DNA from: an uncultured Gemmatimonadales bacterium
Lineage (GTDB): Bacteria > Gemmatimonadota > Gemmatimonadetes > Gemmatimonadales > GWC2-71-9
Assembly (NCBI GenBank): GCA_963779755.1
Contig: CAVZZO010000001.1
Location: 1,504,001 to 1,568,000 of the forward strand
Direction: 5' to 3'
Length of the DNA: 64,000 bases
Shown here: one piece after another, positions 39,068-48,666 of the stretch
Layout: every line of letters starts with the position of its first letter
Position numbering within the stretch: position 1 is the stretch's first letter
Translations under genes and position numbers: made by a program
The notes under the pieces: generated by a model
What the model saw: the letters and a program-made list of their open reading frames with translations, nothing else
Databases searched by the model: none
Told to the model about the DNA's origin: nothing

Positions 39068-40306
39068 ATGGCTCCACGGCTCGGCATCGGCATCATCGGC
39101 AGCGGCTTCGTCGCAAAGTTCCATCTCCAGGCGTTCGTCGGGGTGCGCGACGCGGATATCCTGGGCATCTGGAGCCCCACGAAGAAACACGCCGAGGAAA
39201 CCGCCGCCCTCTCCCGCCGGCTCGGCGTGGGGGAAGCCCGGGTCTTTGCCTCCATCGCCGAGATGGTGGCCGATCCCGCCATCGGAGCGCTGTGGATCTG
39301 CGCGCCGAACTACGCCCGGGAGGCCACGATCGAAGAGATCGTCCACGCGGTGCGGTCGGGCGCGGGTGAGCTCCGGGGAATCGCCTGCGAGAAACCGCTG
39401 GCGCGCAATGTGGCCGAGGCCAAGAGAATCACCGCGCTGGTCAAGGGCGCGGGCCTGCGCCACGGCTACCTGGAGAACCAGCTCTTCGCGCCCGGCATCA
39501 CCCGGGGGCGCAGTATCATCTGGGCCCGCGGGGCGACGCTCACCGGCCGCCCCTACCTGGCGCGCGCCGCCGAGGAGCATGCCGGACCCCACATGCCCTG
39601 GTTCTGGCAGGGGCAGTTGCAGGGCGGCGGCGTGCTGAACGACATGATGTGCCATTCGGTGGAGGTGGTGCGGCATCTGCTCACCGAACCCGGCGCCGCG
39701 CGGGACAGCATTCGCCCGGTGCGGGTGACCGGCCGGATCGCCAGCCTCAAGTGGTCGCGTCCGGAGTACGTGAAGAAGCTGCGCAGCACCATGGGCAAGG
39801 AAGTGGACTACGAGCACCATCCGGCCGAGGACTTCGCCAGCGTCAGCGTGGAATACGAAACCGGCGATGGCCGCACCCTGATCGGCGAGGCCAGCACCAG
39901 CTGGAGCTTCGTGGGTGCCGGCCTGCGGTTGTCGGCCGAGCTGCTGGGCCCGGAGTATTCCCTGGCCTGGAACACGCTGGACAGCAGCTTGCGGCTCTTC
40001 TTCAGCCGGGAGGTCAAGGGCAAGGCGGGCGAGGACCTGGTGGAGAAGCAGAATGCCGAGATGGGCCTGATGCCGGTAGTGCCGGACGAACCGGTGGCCT
40101 ACGGCTATGAGGCGGAGGACCGGCACTTCGTGCGGGCCTTCCTCGCCGGCGAGACGCCCTCGCTCATCTTCGATGACGGGGTCGAGGTCGTGCGCATGCT
40201 GATGACGGCCTACATGAGCGCGGAACAGGGACGGACCCTGGACTTCCCGCCGGCCGACCTGGACAGCTTCGTGCCGCAGGTGGCGCAGGGAACCTGGAAG
40301 CCGTAA
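39068..40306 (+). CDS. Gfo/Idh/MocA family oxidoreductase
   Basis: IGIIGSG; CEKP; GGGVLNDMMCH. Confidence 0.92.
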   Translation: MAPRLGIGIIGSGFVAKFHLQAFVGVRDADILGIWSPTKKHAEETAALSRRLGVGEARVFASIAEMVADPAIGALWICAPNYAREATIEEIVHAVRSGAGELRGIACEKPLARNVAEAKRITALVKGAGLRHGYLENQLFAPGITRGRSIIWARGATLTGRPYLARAAEEHAGPHMPWFWQGQLQGGGVLNDMMCHSVEVVRHLLTEPGAARDSIRPVRVTGRIASLKWSRPEYVKKLRSTMGKEVDYEHHPAEDFASVSVEYETGDGRTLIGEASTSWSFVGAGLRLSAELLGPEYSLAWNTLDSSLRLFFSREVKGKAGEDLVEKQNAEMGLMPVVPDEPVAYGYEAEDRHFVRAFLAGETPSLIFDDGVEVVRMLMTAYMSAEQGRTLDFPPADLDSFVPQVAQGTWKP

Positions 40307-40346
40307 ATCTTCCCTTTCCCTCAGTCCTTTGGCTTTTGCTCCTTTG

Positions 40347-41681
40347 TTATAGCGTCCACCCCTTCCGGTACACCGGCTGGATATACTCGCCCGGAATCCC
40401 GCTGGTGGTGACCTTCCCCTGGCTGTCCACTTCGATGGTGCGGCCGGTGCGCACCGCCAGATCGCCCAGCAGGACCATCTCGGTGAGCGGGCCGGCATGG
40501 CCGTCGAAGGTGCTGCCGGCGGCCGGGCCGCCCTTGGCCGCCGCGATGAACTCGGCATAGACGCCGCCGGTGCGGGGATATTTCACCGGCACCGGGTGGG
40601 CGGTGACCTCGGCCATCTTTGCCGGATCCAGCAGCTTCGGCTCGTCCCCGTAGGTTCCGGCGACGAGCTTGCCTTCGGTCCCGATCCAGAGCTGGCCGCC
40701 CTCGGTGTCGAAGGGCCAGGGGTCGCCGGCCGGCACCTCGGGAGGACGCGGCGGGAAGAGCCCGCCGTCGCGCCAGACGGCCGTGATCTCGCCCCGGCCG
40801 TTGCGGGCGGGGAACTGGTATTCAATACGCGACGCGGCGGGCGCCGTCTCCGGATAGAGCTGGGTCACATCGGGGATGATGCGCGATGGATTGCGCAGGT
40901 CCAGCGTCCAGAACGCGGCGTCCATCAGGTGGCAGGCCATGTCGCCCAGGGCGCCGGTGCCGAAGTCCCACCAGCCGCGCCAGCGGAAGGGAGCATAGGC
41001 CGGGTTGTAGGGGCGCTCCGGGGCGGGGCCGAGCCAGAGATCCCACTGCATGGTGTCGGGAACGTAGAACTCCTGCAGCGGACGGTCGATCGCCTGGGGC
41101 CAGATAGGCCGGTTGGTCCAGAAGTGCACTTCCTTCACCGTACCGATGAGGCCGGCTTCCACCCACTCGCGGATGAGCCGGGTGCCTTCATGCGAGTGCC
41201 CCTGGTTGCCCATCTGGGTGGGCACCTTGAGCCGGCGGGCCGCGTCTTCCAGCGCATGGACCTCGCCCAGGGTGCGGGCCAGGGGCTTCTGGCAGTAGGT
41301 GGGCTTCCCCAGGTTCAGGGACATCATGGCCGCCGCGGCGTGGGAGTGGTCGGGAATGGTGACCGTCACGGCGTCGATGTTGCTGGCTTCCTTGTCGAAC
41401 ATCTCCCGGTAATCCCGGTAGCGCCTGGCCCTGGGGAACTCCCGGAAGGATTGGGCCGCGCTCTTGTCGTCCACATCGCAGAGCGCATAGATGTTCTCCA
41501 CGCTCATGCCCTGGACGTCGTTGTGGCCCATCCCCCCGACGCCGATGCAGGCCACGTTGAGCGTGTCGCTGGGAGCGCGATAGCCCACCCCTCCCAGGAC
41601 GTGGCGCGGCACGATGGTGAAGGCGCCGGCCGCCGCGGCCGTGCCCACGAAATCCCGCCGGGACATCGCATCGTCACTCAT
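40347..41681 (-). CDS. Gfo/Idh/MocA family oxidoreductase (Tat)
   Basis: SRRDF; IGVGGMG; YCQKP; WRGWWDFGTGALGDMACH. Confidence 0.93.
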   Translation of the reverse strand: MSDDAMSRRDFVGTAAAAGAFTIVPRHVLGGVGYRAPSDTLNVACIGVGGMGHNDVQGMSVENIYALCDVDDKSAAQSFREFPRARRYRDYREMFDKEASNIDAVTVTIPDHSHAAAAMMSLNLGKPTYCQKPLARTLGEVHALEDAARRLKVPTQMGNQGHSHEGTRLIREWVEAGLIGTVKEVHFWTNRPIWPQAIDRPLQEFYVPDTMQWDLWLGPAPERPYNPAYAPFRWRGWWDFGTGALGDMACHLMDAAFWTLDLRNPSRIIPDVTQLYPETAPAASRIEYQFPARNGRGEITAVWRDGGLFPPRPPEVPAGDPWPFDTEGGQLWIGTEGKLVAGTYGDEPKLLDPAKMAEVTAHPVPVKYPRTGGVYAEFIAAAKGGPAAGSTFDGHAGPLTEMVLLGDLAVRTGRTIEVDSQGKVTTSGIPGEYIQPVYRKGWTL

Positions 41682-41721
41682 GGCCTCTCCTGTAGGCTTC
41701 GAGGAAACGGAAGGATCATGT

Positions 41722-41849
41722 GAAACCGCAGATTACGCAGATGACGCAGAATGGACGCCCGGGCCCCCATGTGGAATGCTCTTGTCAGCCCGGCAAGGCT
41801 CCAGGGAGGCTTGAAGGATCCAGGAGCAATCTGCGTAATCTGCGGTTTC
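41722..41849. repeat. Nonamer-built element with perfect 21-bp terminal inverted repeats
   Basis: gaaaccgcagattacgcagat (41722-41742) / atctgcgtaatctgcggtttc (41829-41849). Confidence 0.88.
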
Positions 41850-41904
41850 CTAAACCGGGCTCCGAGCTTCTCTCCCGGTACCCGACCCGGCCGTCAGGCA
41901 TCGA

Positions 41905-43179
41905 TCAGCGCAGCAGCGCCTCCGCCGGGGCGGTTTCGTCCATCCGGCCTCCGCCCTGGGGACGGGGACGGAAGAGCAGGGCAAACGCCACCAGCACGAC
42001 GGCCGCCATGGCGGCGGGCACCAGCCAGATGCTGTGCCAGTCGTGTACCGTCTGCAGGCACTGGCCCACGGCCGCCTGGGCATCGGAGCAGGCGGGGTTG
42101 GCCCGGGACCACTGCTGCACCACCCAGCCCGAGGCGAAAGCGCCGATGAAATAGCCCAGGCCATTGGTGACGAAGTTGATGAATCCCTGGGCCGCCGCCC
42201 GGATTTTCGGGCCCGCCTGCTCGTCGGTGTAGATCTGGCCGCTGACAAAGAAGAAATCGTAGCAGACGCCGTGGAGCAGGATGCCGCCGTAGATCAGCCA
42301 CATGCCGGTTCCGGCATTCCCGTAGCCGAACGCCAGATAGCGGAGCGCCCAGGCCGCCATGCCGGTCAGCATGATGATTTTGATCCCGAATTTCCGCAGC
42401 GCGAAGGGCAGCAACAGCATGAAGCCGATCTCCGACATCTGTCCGAAGGTCTGGATGAAGGCGGGATCGGGCGCGTGGATCTCGTTCAGGAACGGGTTGG
42501 CCCAGGTGTAGTAGAACTGCAGCGGGATGCAGAGGAAGAAGCTGCCCAGCACGAAGATCAGGAAGGCGCGGTCGCGCAGCAGCTGCAGCGCATCGAGCCC
42601 CAGGGCGTCGCGGAGGTTGAAGGGCGTACCGGCGGCCGGCGGCGGCGTATGCGGCAGAGCGAAACAGTAGAGCCCCAGCAGCAGCTCGGCGCCGGCGGCC
42701 ACCCGGAGCGGCAGCGCCAGCGCGTCGGCGTGGAGCACCCGGCCGATCACGATGCCCGCCACGATCCAGCCGATGGTCCCCAGCACCCGGATGGTGGGGA
42801 AGTCCCGGGCCGGGTCGTCCACGTGCGCGAAGGAGATCGAGTTGGAGAGGGACAGGGTGGGCATGTAGCAGAGCGCGTACACGATGAGCGCCGGATAGAA
42901 CAGCCCGAAGCTCCCGCGGGTGGAGACGAACCAGAGCAGCCCTGCGCCCACGATGTGGAGGATGGCCAGCAGCTTCTCGGTGGAGAAGAACCGGTCGGCC
43001 ACCATGCCGATGAAGAACGGCGTTACCAGCGCGGCGATGGCGGTGGCGCCGTAGGCCAGCCCCACTTCTCCGGCGGTGAAGTGCAGCGTCTGGGTCAGAT
43101 AGGTGCCCATGGTGACGAACCACGCGCCCCAGACGAAGTACTGCAGGAACATCAGGGTGGAGAGCTTGAAGCGATTCAT
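41905..43179 (-). CDS. MFS nucleoside:H+ symporter family permease (NupG/XapB-like)
   Basis: [39 protein letters not shown]. Confidence 0.93.
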   Translation of the reverse strand: MNRFKLSTLMFLQYFVWGAWFVTMGTYLTQTLHFTAGEVGLAYGATAIAALVTPFFIGMVADRFFSTEKLLAILHIVGAGLLWFVSTRGSFGLFYPALIVYALCYMPTLSLSNSISFAHVDDPARDFPTIRVLGTIGWIVAGIVIGRVLHADALALPLRVAAGAELLLGLYCFALPHTPPPAAGTPFNLRDALGLDALQLLRDRAFLIFVLGSFFLCIPLQFYYTWANPFLNEIHAPDPAFIQTFGQMSEIGFMLLLPFALRKFGIKIIMLTGMAAWALRYLAFGYGNAGTGMWLIYGGILLHGVCYDFFFVSGQIYTDEQAGPKIRAAAQGFINFVTNGLGYFIGAFASGWVVQQWSRANPACSDAQAAVGQCLQTVHDWHSIWLVPAAMAAVVLVAFALLFRPRPQGGGRMDETAPAEALLR

Positions 43180-43194
43180 GAGCGTGCTCCCAAG

Positions 43195-43260
43195 AGGAAT
43201 CAGGGATCAGGAATCAGGGGAGGCGGCCCTCGGTTGCTGATTCCCGATCCCTGGTTCCTG
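43195..43260. repeat. TCAGGAA-type heptamer inverted repeat inside an operon
   Basis: aggaatcagggatcaggaatcag / ctgattcccgatccctggttcct. Confidence 0.8.
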
Positions 43261-43261
43261 G

Positions 43262-43978
43262 TCAGTCCAGCTCCCGGACCTTGATATTGCGCAGCTCCAG
43301 CTTCCCGTCATGATCGCCCTGGATGCCCAGCAGTCCCCGGTGCGCCATGCCGTAACCGGGGTAGGCGGCGAACTTGCTCTTCGCCACCCGCGCCTTCCAG
43401 TCGGGACTCCACAGTTCGTATTGCAGCAGCTTCTTCCCGTTCATCCAGTGCTCGACGTGGGCGCCCCGCACGATGATGCGGGAGGAGTTCCACTGCCCCC
43501 CGGGATGAACGATGCCGGCGGGTGAGGGGTAGAGCGCGTAGTCGGCGCCCGCCGCGGTGAGGCGGCTCTTGCCGTCGGGATGGCCGGCGTCGTCCAGCAG
43601 CTGGTACTCCGGGGCGCTCCAGTAGATGTGGTCGTACTCCTCGGTGCCGCGGTAGAAGAACCCCGCGTTGCCGCCGGGCGCGAGTTTCCAGTCGAAGGTG
43701 ATCTCGAAATCGCCGTAGCTGCGCCGGGTGACCAGGTCCTCGCTGCTGCCGGTCTTGGTGAGCACCCCGTTCGCCAGGCTCCAGCCCGCCGGGAGGGTGT
43801 CCGAACGGTAGCCGCGCCACTGGTCCAGCGAATTCCCACCCAGGAGCGGCTGCCAGTCGCCGGCAGGCGCGGCGCCGGTGGCGGGTCCGGGCGACGAGGA
43901 GGCGCAGGCCAGGACCAGCAGCGGCAGGGCGGAGGCCAGCAGCAGGCGGGAGAGCACGGAAAAAGGTCGGCCAGTCAT
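43262..43978 (-). CDS. DUF1080 (3-keto-disaccharide hydrolase-like) lipoprotein
   Basis: Lipobox LAC; DLVT..YGDF; PEYQLLD; WNSSRI; LQ/IQGDH; RNIKVREL. Confidence 0.92.
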   Translation of the reverse strand: MTGRPFSVLSRLLLASALPLLVLACASSSPGPATGAAPAGDWQPLLGGNSLDQWRGYRSDTLPAGWSLANGVLTKTGSSEDLVTRRSYGDFEITFDWKLAPGGNAGFFYRGTEEYDHIYWSAPEYQLLDDAGHPDGKSRLTAAGADYALYPSPAGIVHPGGQWNSSRIIVRGAHVEHWMNGKKLLQYELWSPDWKARVAKSKFAAYPGYGMAHRGLLGIQGDHDGKLELRNIKVRELD

Positions 43979-44074
43979 GGTGTCCGGGGTAAGTCGAAGG
44001 TCGGTTGGGAGAGCAACAAGGAAGCAGCGTGAAGATAGGAATTCCGGGGCCCGGGCGCCATACGCGGGGCCCGA

Positions 44075-44434
44075 TTACGCGCCGCCGATCCGGAGCGGCG
44101 CCAGGCCCGGCGCCCCGGGATCGGCCGCCCAGGCCTCCGCCTGGTCCAGTGCCCTCCGGATGCCGGGCAGATCGAGTCCCAGGGAATCGTCCGGGAGGCC
44201 GGCCAGTGCGGCCGCCGCCTTCCGGGCCTGGGCCGCCACGCCGGCATGGTTCCCCCGTTCGTAGTGCACCCAGACGCTGGCGGCGAGGATCAGGCCGTGC
44301 AGCAGCCCGCTCCGCGTCCGCCGCCAGGCGGCCTCCAGCACTTCATGGCTTTCCCAGTAGTTCCCGGAATTCACCAGGTCAACGAAACGGGCAAGCTCCG
44401 GGGGTGGGTTCGTGGGATCGGGGTCAGGGGACAA
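44075..44434 (-). CDS. DUF309 family protein
   Basis: YWESHEVLE.AW...GLI.AA..VH motif; start TTG lies inside the heptamer array and is uncertain. Confidence 0.82.
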   Translation of the reverse strand: MSPDPDPTNPPPELARFVDLVNSGNYWESHEVLEAAWRRTRSGLLHGLILAASVWVHYERGNHAGVAAQARKAAAALAGLPDDSLGLDLPGIRRALDQAEAWAADPGAPGLAPLRIGGA

Positions 44435-44539
44435 GGGACAAGGGACAAGGGACAAGGGACAAGGGATAAGGGACCGGGGTCAGGAGGCTGAAATTAGGGG
44501 ACAGGGGCCTGTTCCTTCTTCCCTGTCCCCTGTTCCTCC
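44428..44539. repeat. (GGGACAA)5-6 array plus degenerate inverse arm
   Basis: Five perfect GGGACAA (44428-44462) plus GGGATAA; ccctgtcccctgttcc near 44521. Confidence 0.88.
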
Positions 44540-45793
<1,254 letters not shown>

Positions 45794-45936
45794 GAGGCCG
45801 AAGTCCGTATGAAGGTGATGGGGACCTCCAAAGATAAGGCGGACAAACGGGAAATGGGAAAAAGGAACCGGGAGCAAGACGAGGGCGCCCGGCCGTTCCC
45901 TTTTCCCTATCCCCCCCTTCCCGTTTTATTGCCTTC

Positions 45937-47661
45937 ATGCCTCCACGGCTCCTGCCTGCCGAAGTCGCCGCCCGCATCCACCACGGGTTCGAGAGCTACA
46001 ACCGGCGCTTCCACGCCATTACGGGCCGCGCCGGCCAGCGATTCGTCGAGCGGGACTGGGCCGGGGCCCAGGCGGATGCGCTGGAACGGCTGTCGCTCTA
46101 CGCCGACGTACTGGACGGCCTGGTGGAGGAGTTGCGCGCGTTGCTCGGCGTGAATGTTCGCAATGCCTTCTTCTGGCGGGCCGCCCGGGCCAGCCATACC
46201 CGGATACATCGCGATACCCGCGACGCCGAGCTGGCCCGCACATTCTGGAATTCCGTGACCCGCCGGATCTTCAGCACGGTGGGAGTAGATCCCGATATCG
46301 AATACCTGGATACGGCCGGCGCCCCCCGCCTGCAGCCCGACCCTGCGCCGCCGGGGATCACCCGGCGCCTTCCGGCGGCCGACCTGGAGGCCACCCTGGC
46401 CAGGGTGCTCTCCTCGCTGCCCTTCGAGGCGGCCTTCGAGAACCTGCCTCGCGATGCCCGGCTGGCGGCCGACGCCGTCCGGCGGCAGCTGGCGGAGCGC
46501 AGGCCGGCCGGCCTGGCCCGGCAGCTGCACCTCGTGCCCGCCGTGTTCTACCGGAACAAGGGCGCCTATGTCATCGGCCGGCTGGAACTGGAGCACGGCA
46601 GCGTGCCGCTGGTACTGGCCCTCACCCACCCTCCGGACGGCATCGTGGTCGACGCGGCGCTCGCCACCGAAGACGAGGCCAGTATCGTCTTCAGTTTCAC
46701 CCGGTCCTACTTCCACGTGGACATCGACCGGCCGCGCGCGCTGGTGGCCTTTCTGCGCTCGCTCATGCCGCTCAAGCCCGTGGATGAGCTGTACAACGCC
46801 CTGGGCTACAACAAGCACGGAAAGACGGTGCTCTATCGCAACCTGATCCGCCACCTGAAGCAGTCGAACGACTGCTTCCGCCCCGCCGAGGGCGACAAGG
46901 GGCTGGTCATGGCCGTCTTCGCGCTGCCCGGCCTGAATATCGTGTTCAAGGTCATTCGCGACCATTTCGGCCATCCCAAGACGACCACGCCGGCGGCGGT
47001 ACGGCAGAAGTACCATCTGGTCTTCATCCGCGACCGGGTGGGCCGGCTGGCGGACGCCCAGGAGTTCGAGCATCTCGAGTTCGATGCCGACCGGTTCGAT
47101 CCGGCCGTGCTGGAGGAATTGCTGGCCGAGGCTTCGGCCGCCGTGCGGGTCGTGCGGCAGCAGGTCATCATCCGCCATCTCTATACCGAGCGGAAGGTGA
47201 CGCCGCTCAATCTCTATCTCCGGCAGGCCTCCCGGGCCGAGGCGGAGCAGGCCGTGGTGGACTACGGCAACGCCATCAAGGACCTGGCGGCGGCCAACAT
47301 CTTCACCGGCGATATGCTGCTCAAGAATTTCGGGGTCACCCGCCACGGGCGGGTCATCTTTTACGACTACGACGAGCTGACCCTGCTCACGGAATGCAAT
47401 TTCCGGCGGCTGCCCGAGCCGGCAGACATCTACGAGGAGATGGCCGCCGAGCCCTGGTTCTCAGTCGCGGAGAACGACGTCTTTCCGGAGGAGTTCCGCC
47501 CGTTTCTCGTCCTGCCGGGCCATCTGGGCGAGGTGTTCCTCGAATCCCACGCCGACCTGCTCACGGTGGAGTTCTGGCAGCGGATGCAGCAACGCCAGGA
47601 GGCGGGGGAAGTGGTGGACGTGTTTCCCTACCGGGAAGAGCGGAGACTACGGCGAGACTAA
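45937..47661 (+). CDS. aceK: Isocitrate dehydrogenase kinase/phosphatase
   Basis: FYRNKGAY; FSFTRSYF; KHGKT; DRVGRLADAQEF; GDMLLKNFGVTRHGRVIFYDYDE; DVFPEEF. Confidence 0.96.
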   Translation: MPPRLLPAEVAARIHHGFESYNRRFHAITGRAGQRFVERDWAGAQADALERLSLYADVLDGLVEELRALLGVNVRNAFFWRAARASHTRIHRDTRDAELARTFWNSVTRRIFSTVGVDPDIEYLDTAGAPRLQPDPAPPGITRRLPAADLEATLARVLSSLPFEAAFENLPRDARLAADAVRRQLAERRPAGLARQLHLVPAVFYRNKGAYVIGRLELEHGSVPLVLALTHPPDGIVVDAALATEDEASIVFSFTRSYFHVDIDRPRALVAFLRSLMPLKPVDELYNALGYNKHGKTVLYRNLIRHLKQSNDCFRPAEGDKGLVMAVFALPGLNIVFKVIRDHFGHPKTTTPAAVRQKYHLVFIRDRVGRLADAQEFEHLEFDADRFDPAVLEELLAEASAAVRVVRQQVIIRHLYTERKVTPLNLYLRQASRAEAEQAVVDYGNAIKDLAAANIFTGDMLLKNFGVTRHGRVIFYDYDELTLLTECNFRRLPEPADIYEEMAAEPWFSVAENDVFPEEFRPFLVLPGHLGEVFLESHADLLTVEFWQRMQQRQEAGEVVDVFPYREERRLRRD

Positions 47662-47706
47662 AGAGACAGGGACTGAGAGAAAAGGGCGACGTTGTTGCTC
47701 CTCCGC

Positions 47707-48504
47707 TCAGGGAACAACGAGCCGGATTTCCGTTCCTGTCTCCTGGAGCTGGTAAGTCGGGATCGGCTCCCGGGCGGGGCCGGCCTTCACCTGCCCGCTG
47801 CGGACGTCGAACTGGCTGCCGTGCCAGAGGCACTGGACGGTTCCGCAGATCATGACGCCGTCGGCCAGAGAGGCGCCGCGGTGGGTGCAGTGGTCGTCGA
47901 AGGCCACATAGCCCTGCTCGGTGCGCGCCAGGACGATCCGGCGGCCGGCCACGCGCACCAGCTTCATCTGGTCGATCTCCAACTCGTTGGCCTTCGCCAC
48001 GGTGACCGCCTGGCCCGAGGTGCCTGGGACCTTTTCGTCCTTCCAGCGGCCCGCCCGCGCGTAGCGGTGCTCCACTCCCATCATGTTACGGCCCACCATC
48101 GTGCCGCCCATCCAGGTGCCCGCCGCCAGCAGGCAGGTTCCCGCCAGCTCCAGGAAGACCGTGAACAGGCCCGGCGGTTGCGACGGGCCGTGACGGAAGA
48201 ACCAGGAGTGGGCAAACAGGGCGACCGCACCGAGATTCACGACCATGTGACGAAAGCCGCGGGTCTTGGCGGAACTCCTGGGCGGGACCGAGGCGACATA
48301 GTCGATGATGCCGGGAATGATGGCGATGACGGCGGTCAGAAGCCCGGCCACATTGAGCACCCGGCCCGCCGGCGTCCAGGGGTCGGGGTTGCCGCTGGCC
48401 CACGCAATGGCATCGCACACCAGGGCGCCGACGAGAAAGGCGATGGGAAACCCGACGATGCCGGGATGGATGGGATGCCCCGCAACGGTCGCCTTGCTGC
48501 GCAC
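47707..48504 (-). CDS. DUF2231 membrane domain fused to a Rieske [2Fe-2S] domain
   Basis: HPIHP..V.FPI and four TM segments; CTH...CLWH Rieske ligands. Confidence 0.9.
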   Translation of the reverse strand: MRSKATVAGHPIHPGIVGFPIAFLVGALVCDAIAWASGNPDPWTPAGRVLNVAGLLTAVIAIIPGIIDYVASVPPRSSAKTRGFRHMVVNLGAVALFAHSWFFRHGPSQPPGLFTVFLELAGTCLLAAGTWMGGTMVGRNMMGVEHRYARAGRWKDEKVPGTSGQAVTVAKANELEIDQMKLVRVAGRRIVLARTEQGYVAFDDHCTHRGASLADGVMICGTVQCLWHGSQFDVRSGQVKAGPAREPIPTYQLQETGTEIRLVVP

Positions 48505-48666
48505 GCGCGCCCTCCCCGGAAGGATGATCGAACAGTCGGCCAGCGAAAACGATAGGCGGGATGGTGCGGGGAGGGCGTGACGCGGGTCACCCGAAGGGCG
48601 GGCGTGCCGGGATAGGGAACCCGGGAATACGACCAGGAGAGCGTGACTGAGCCTGGTCTTCCGCCG

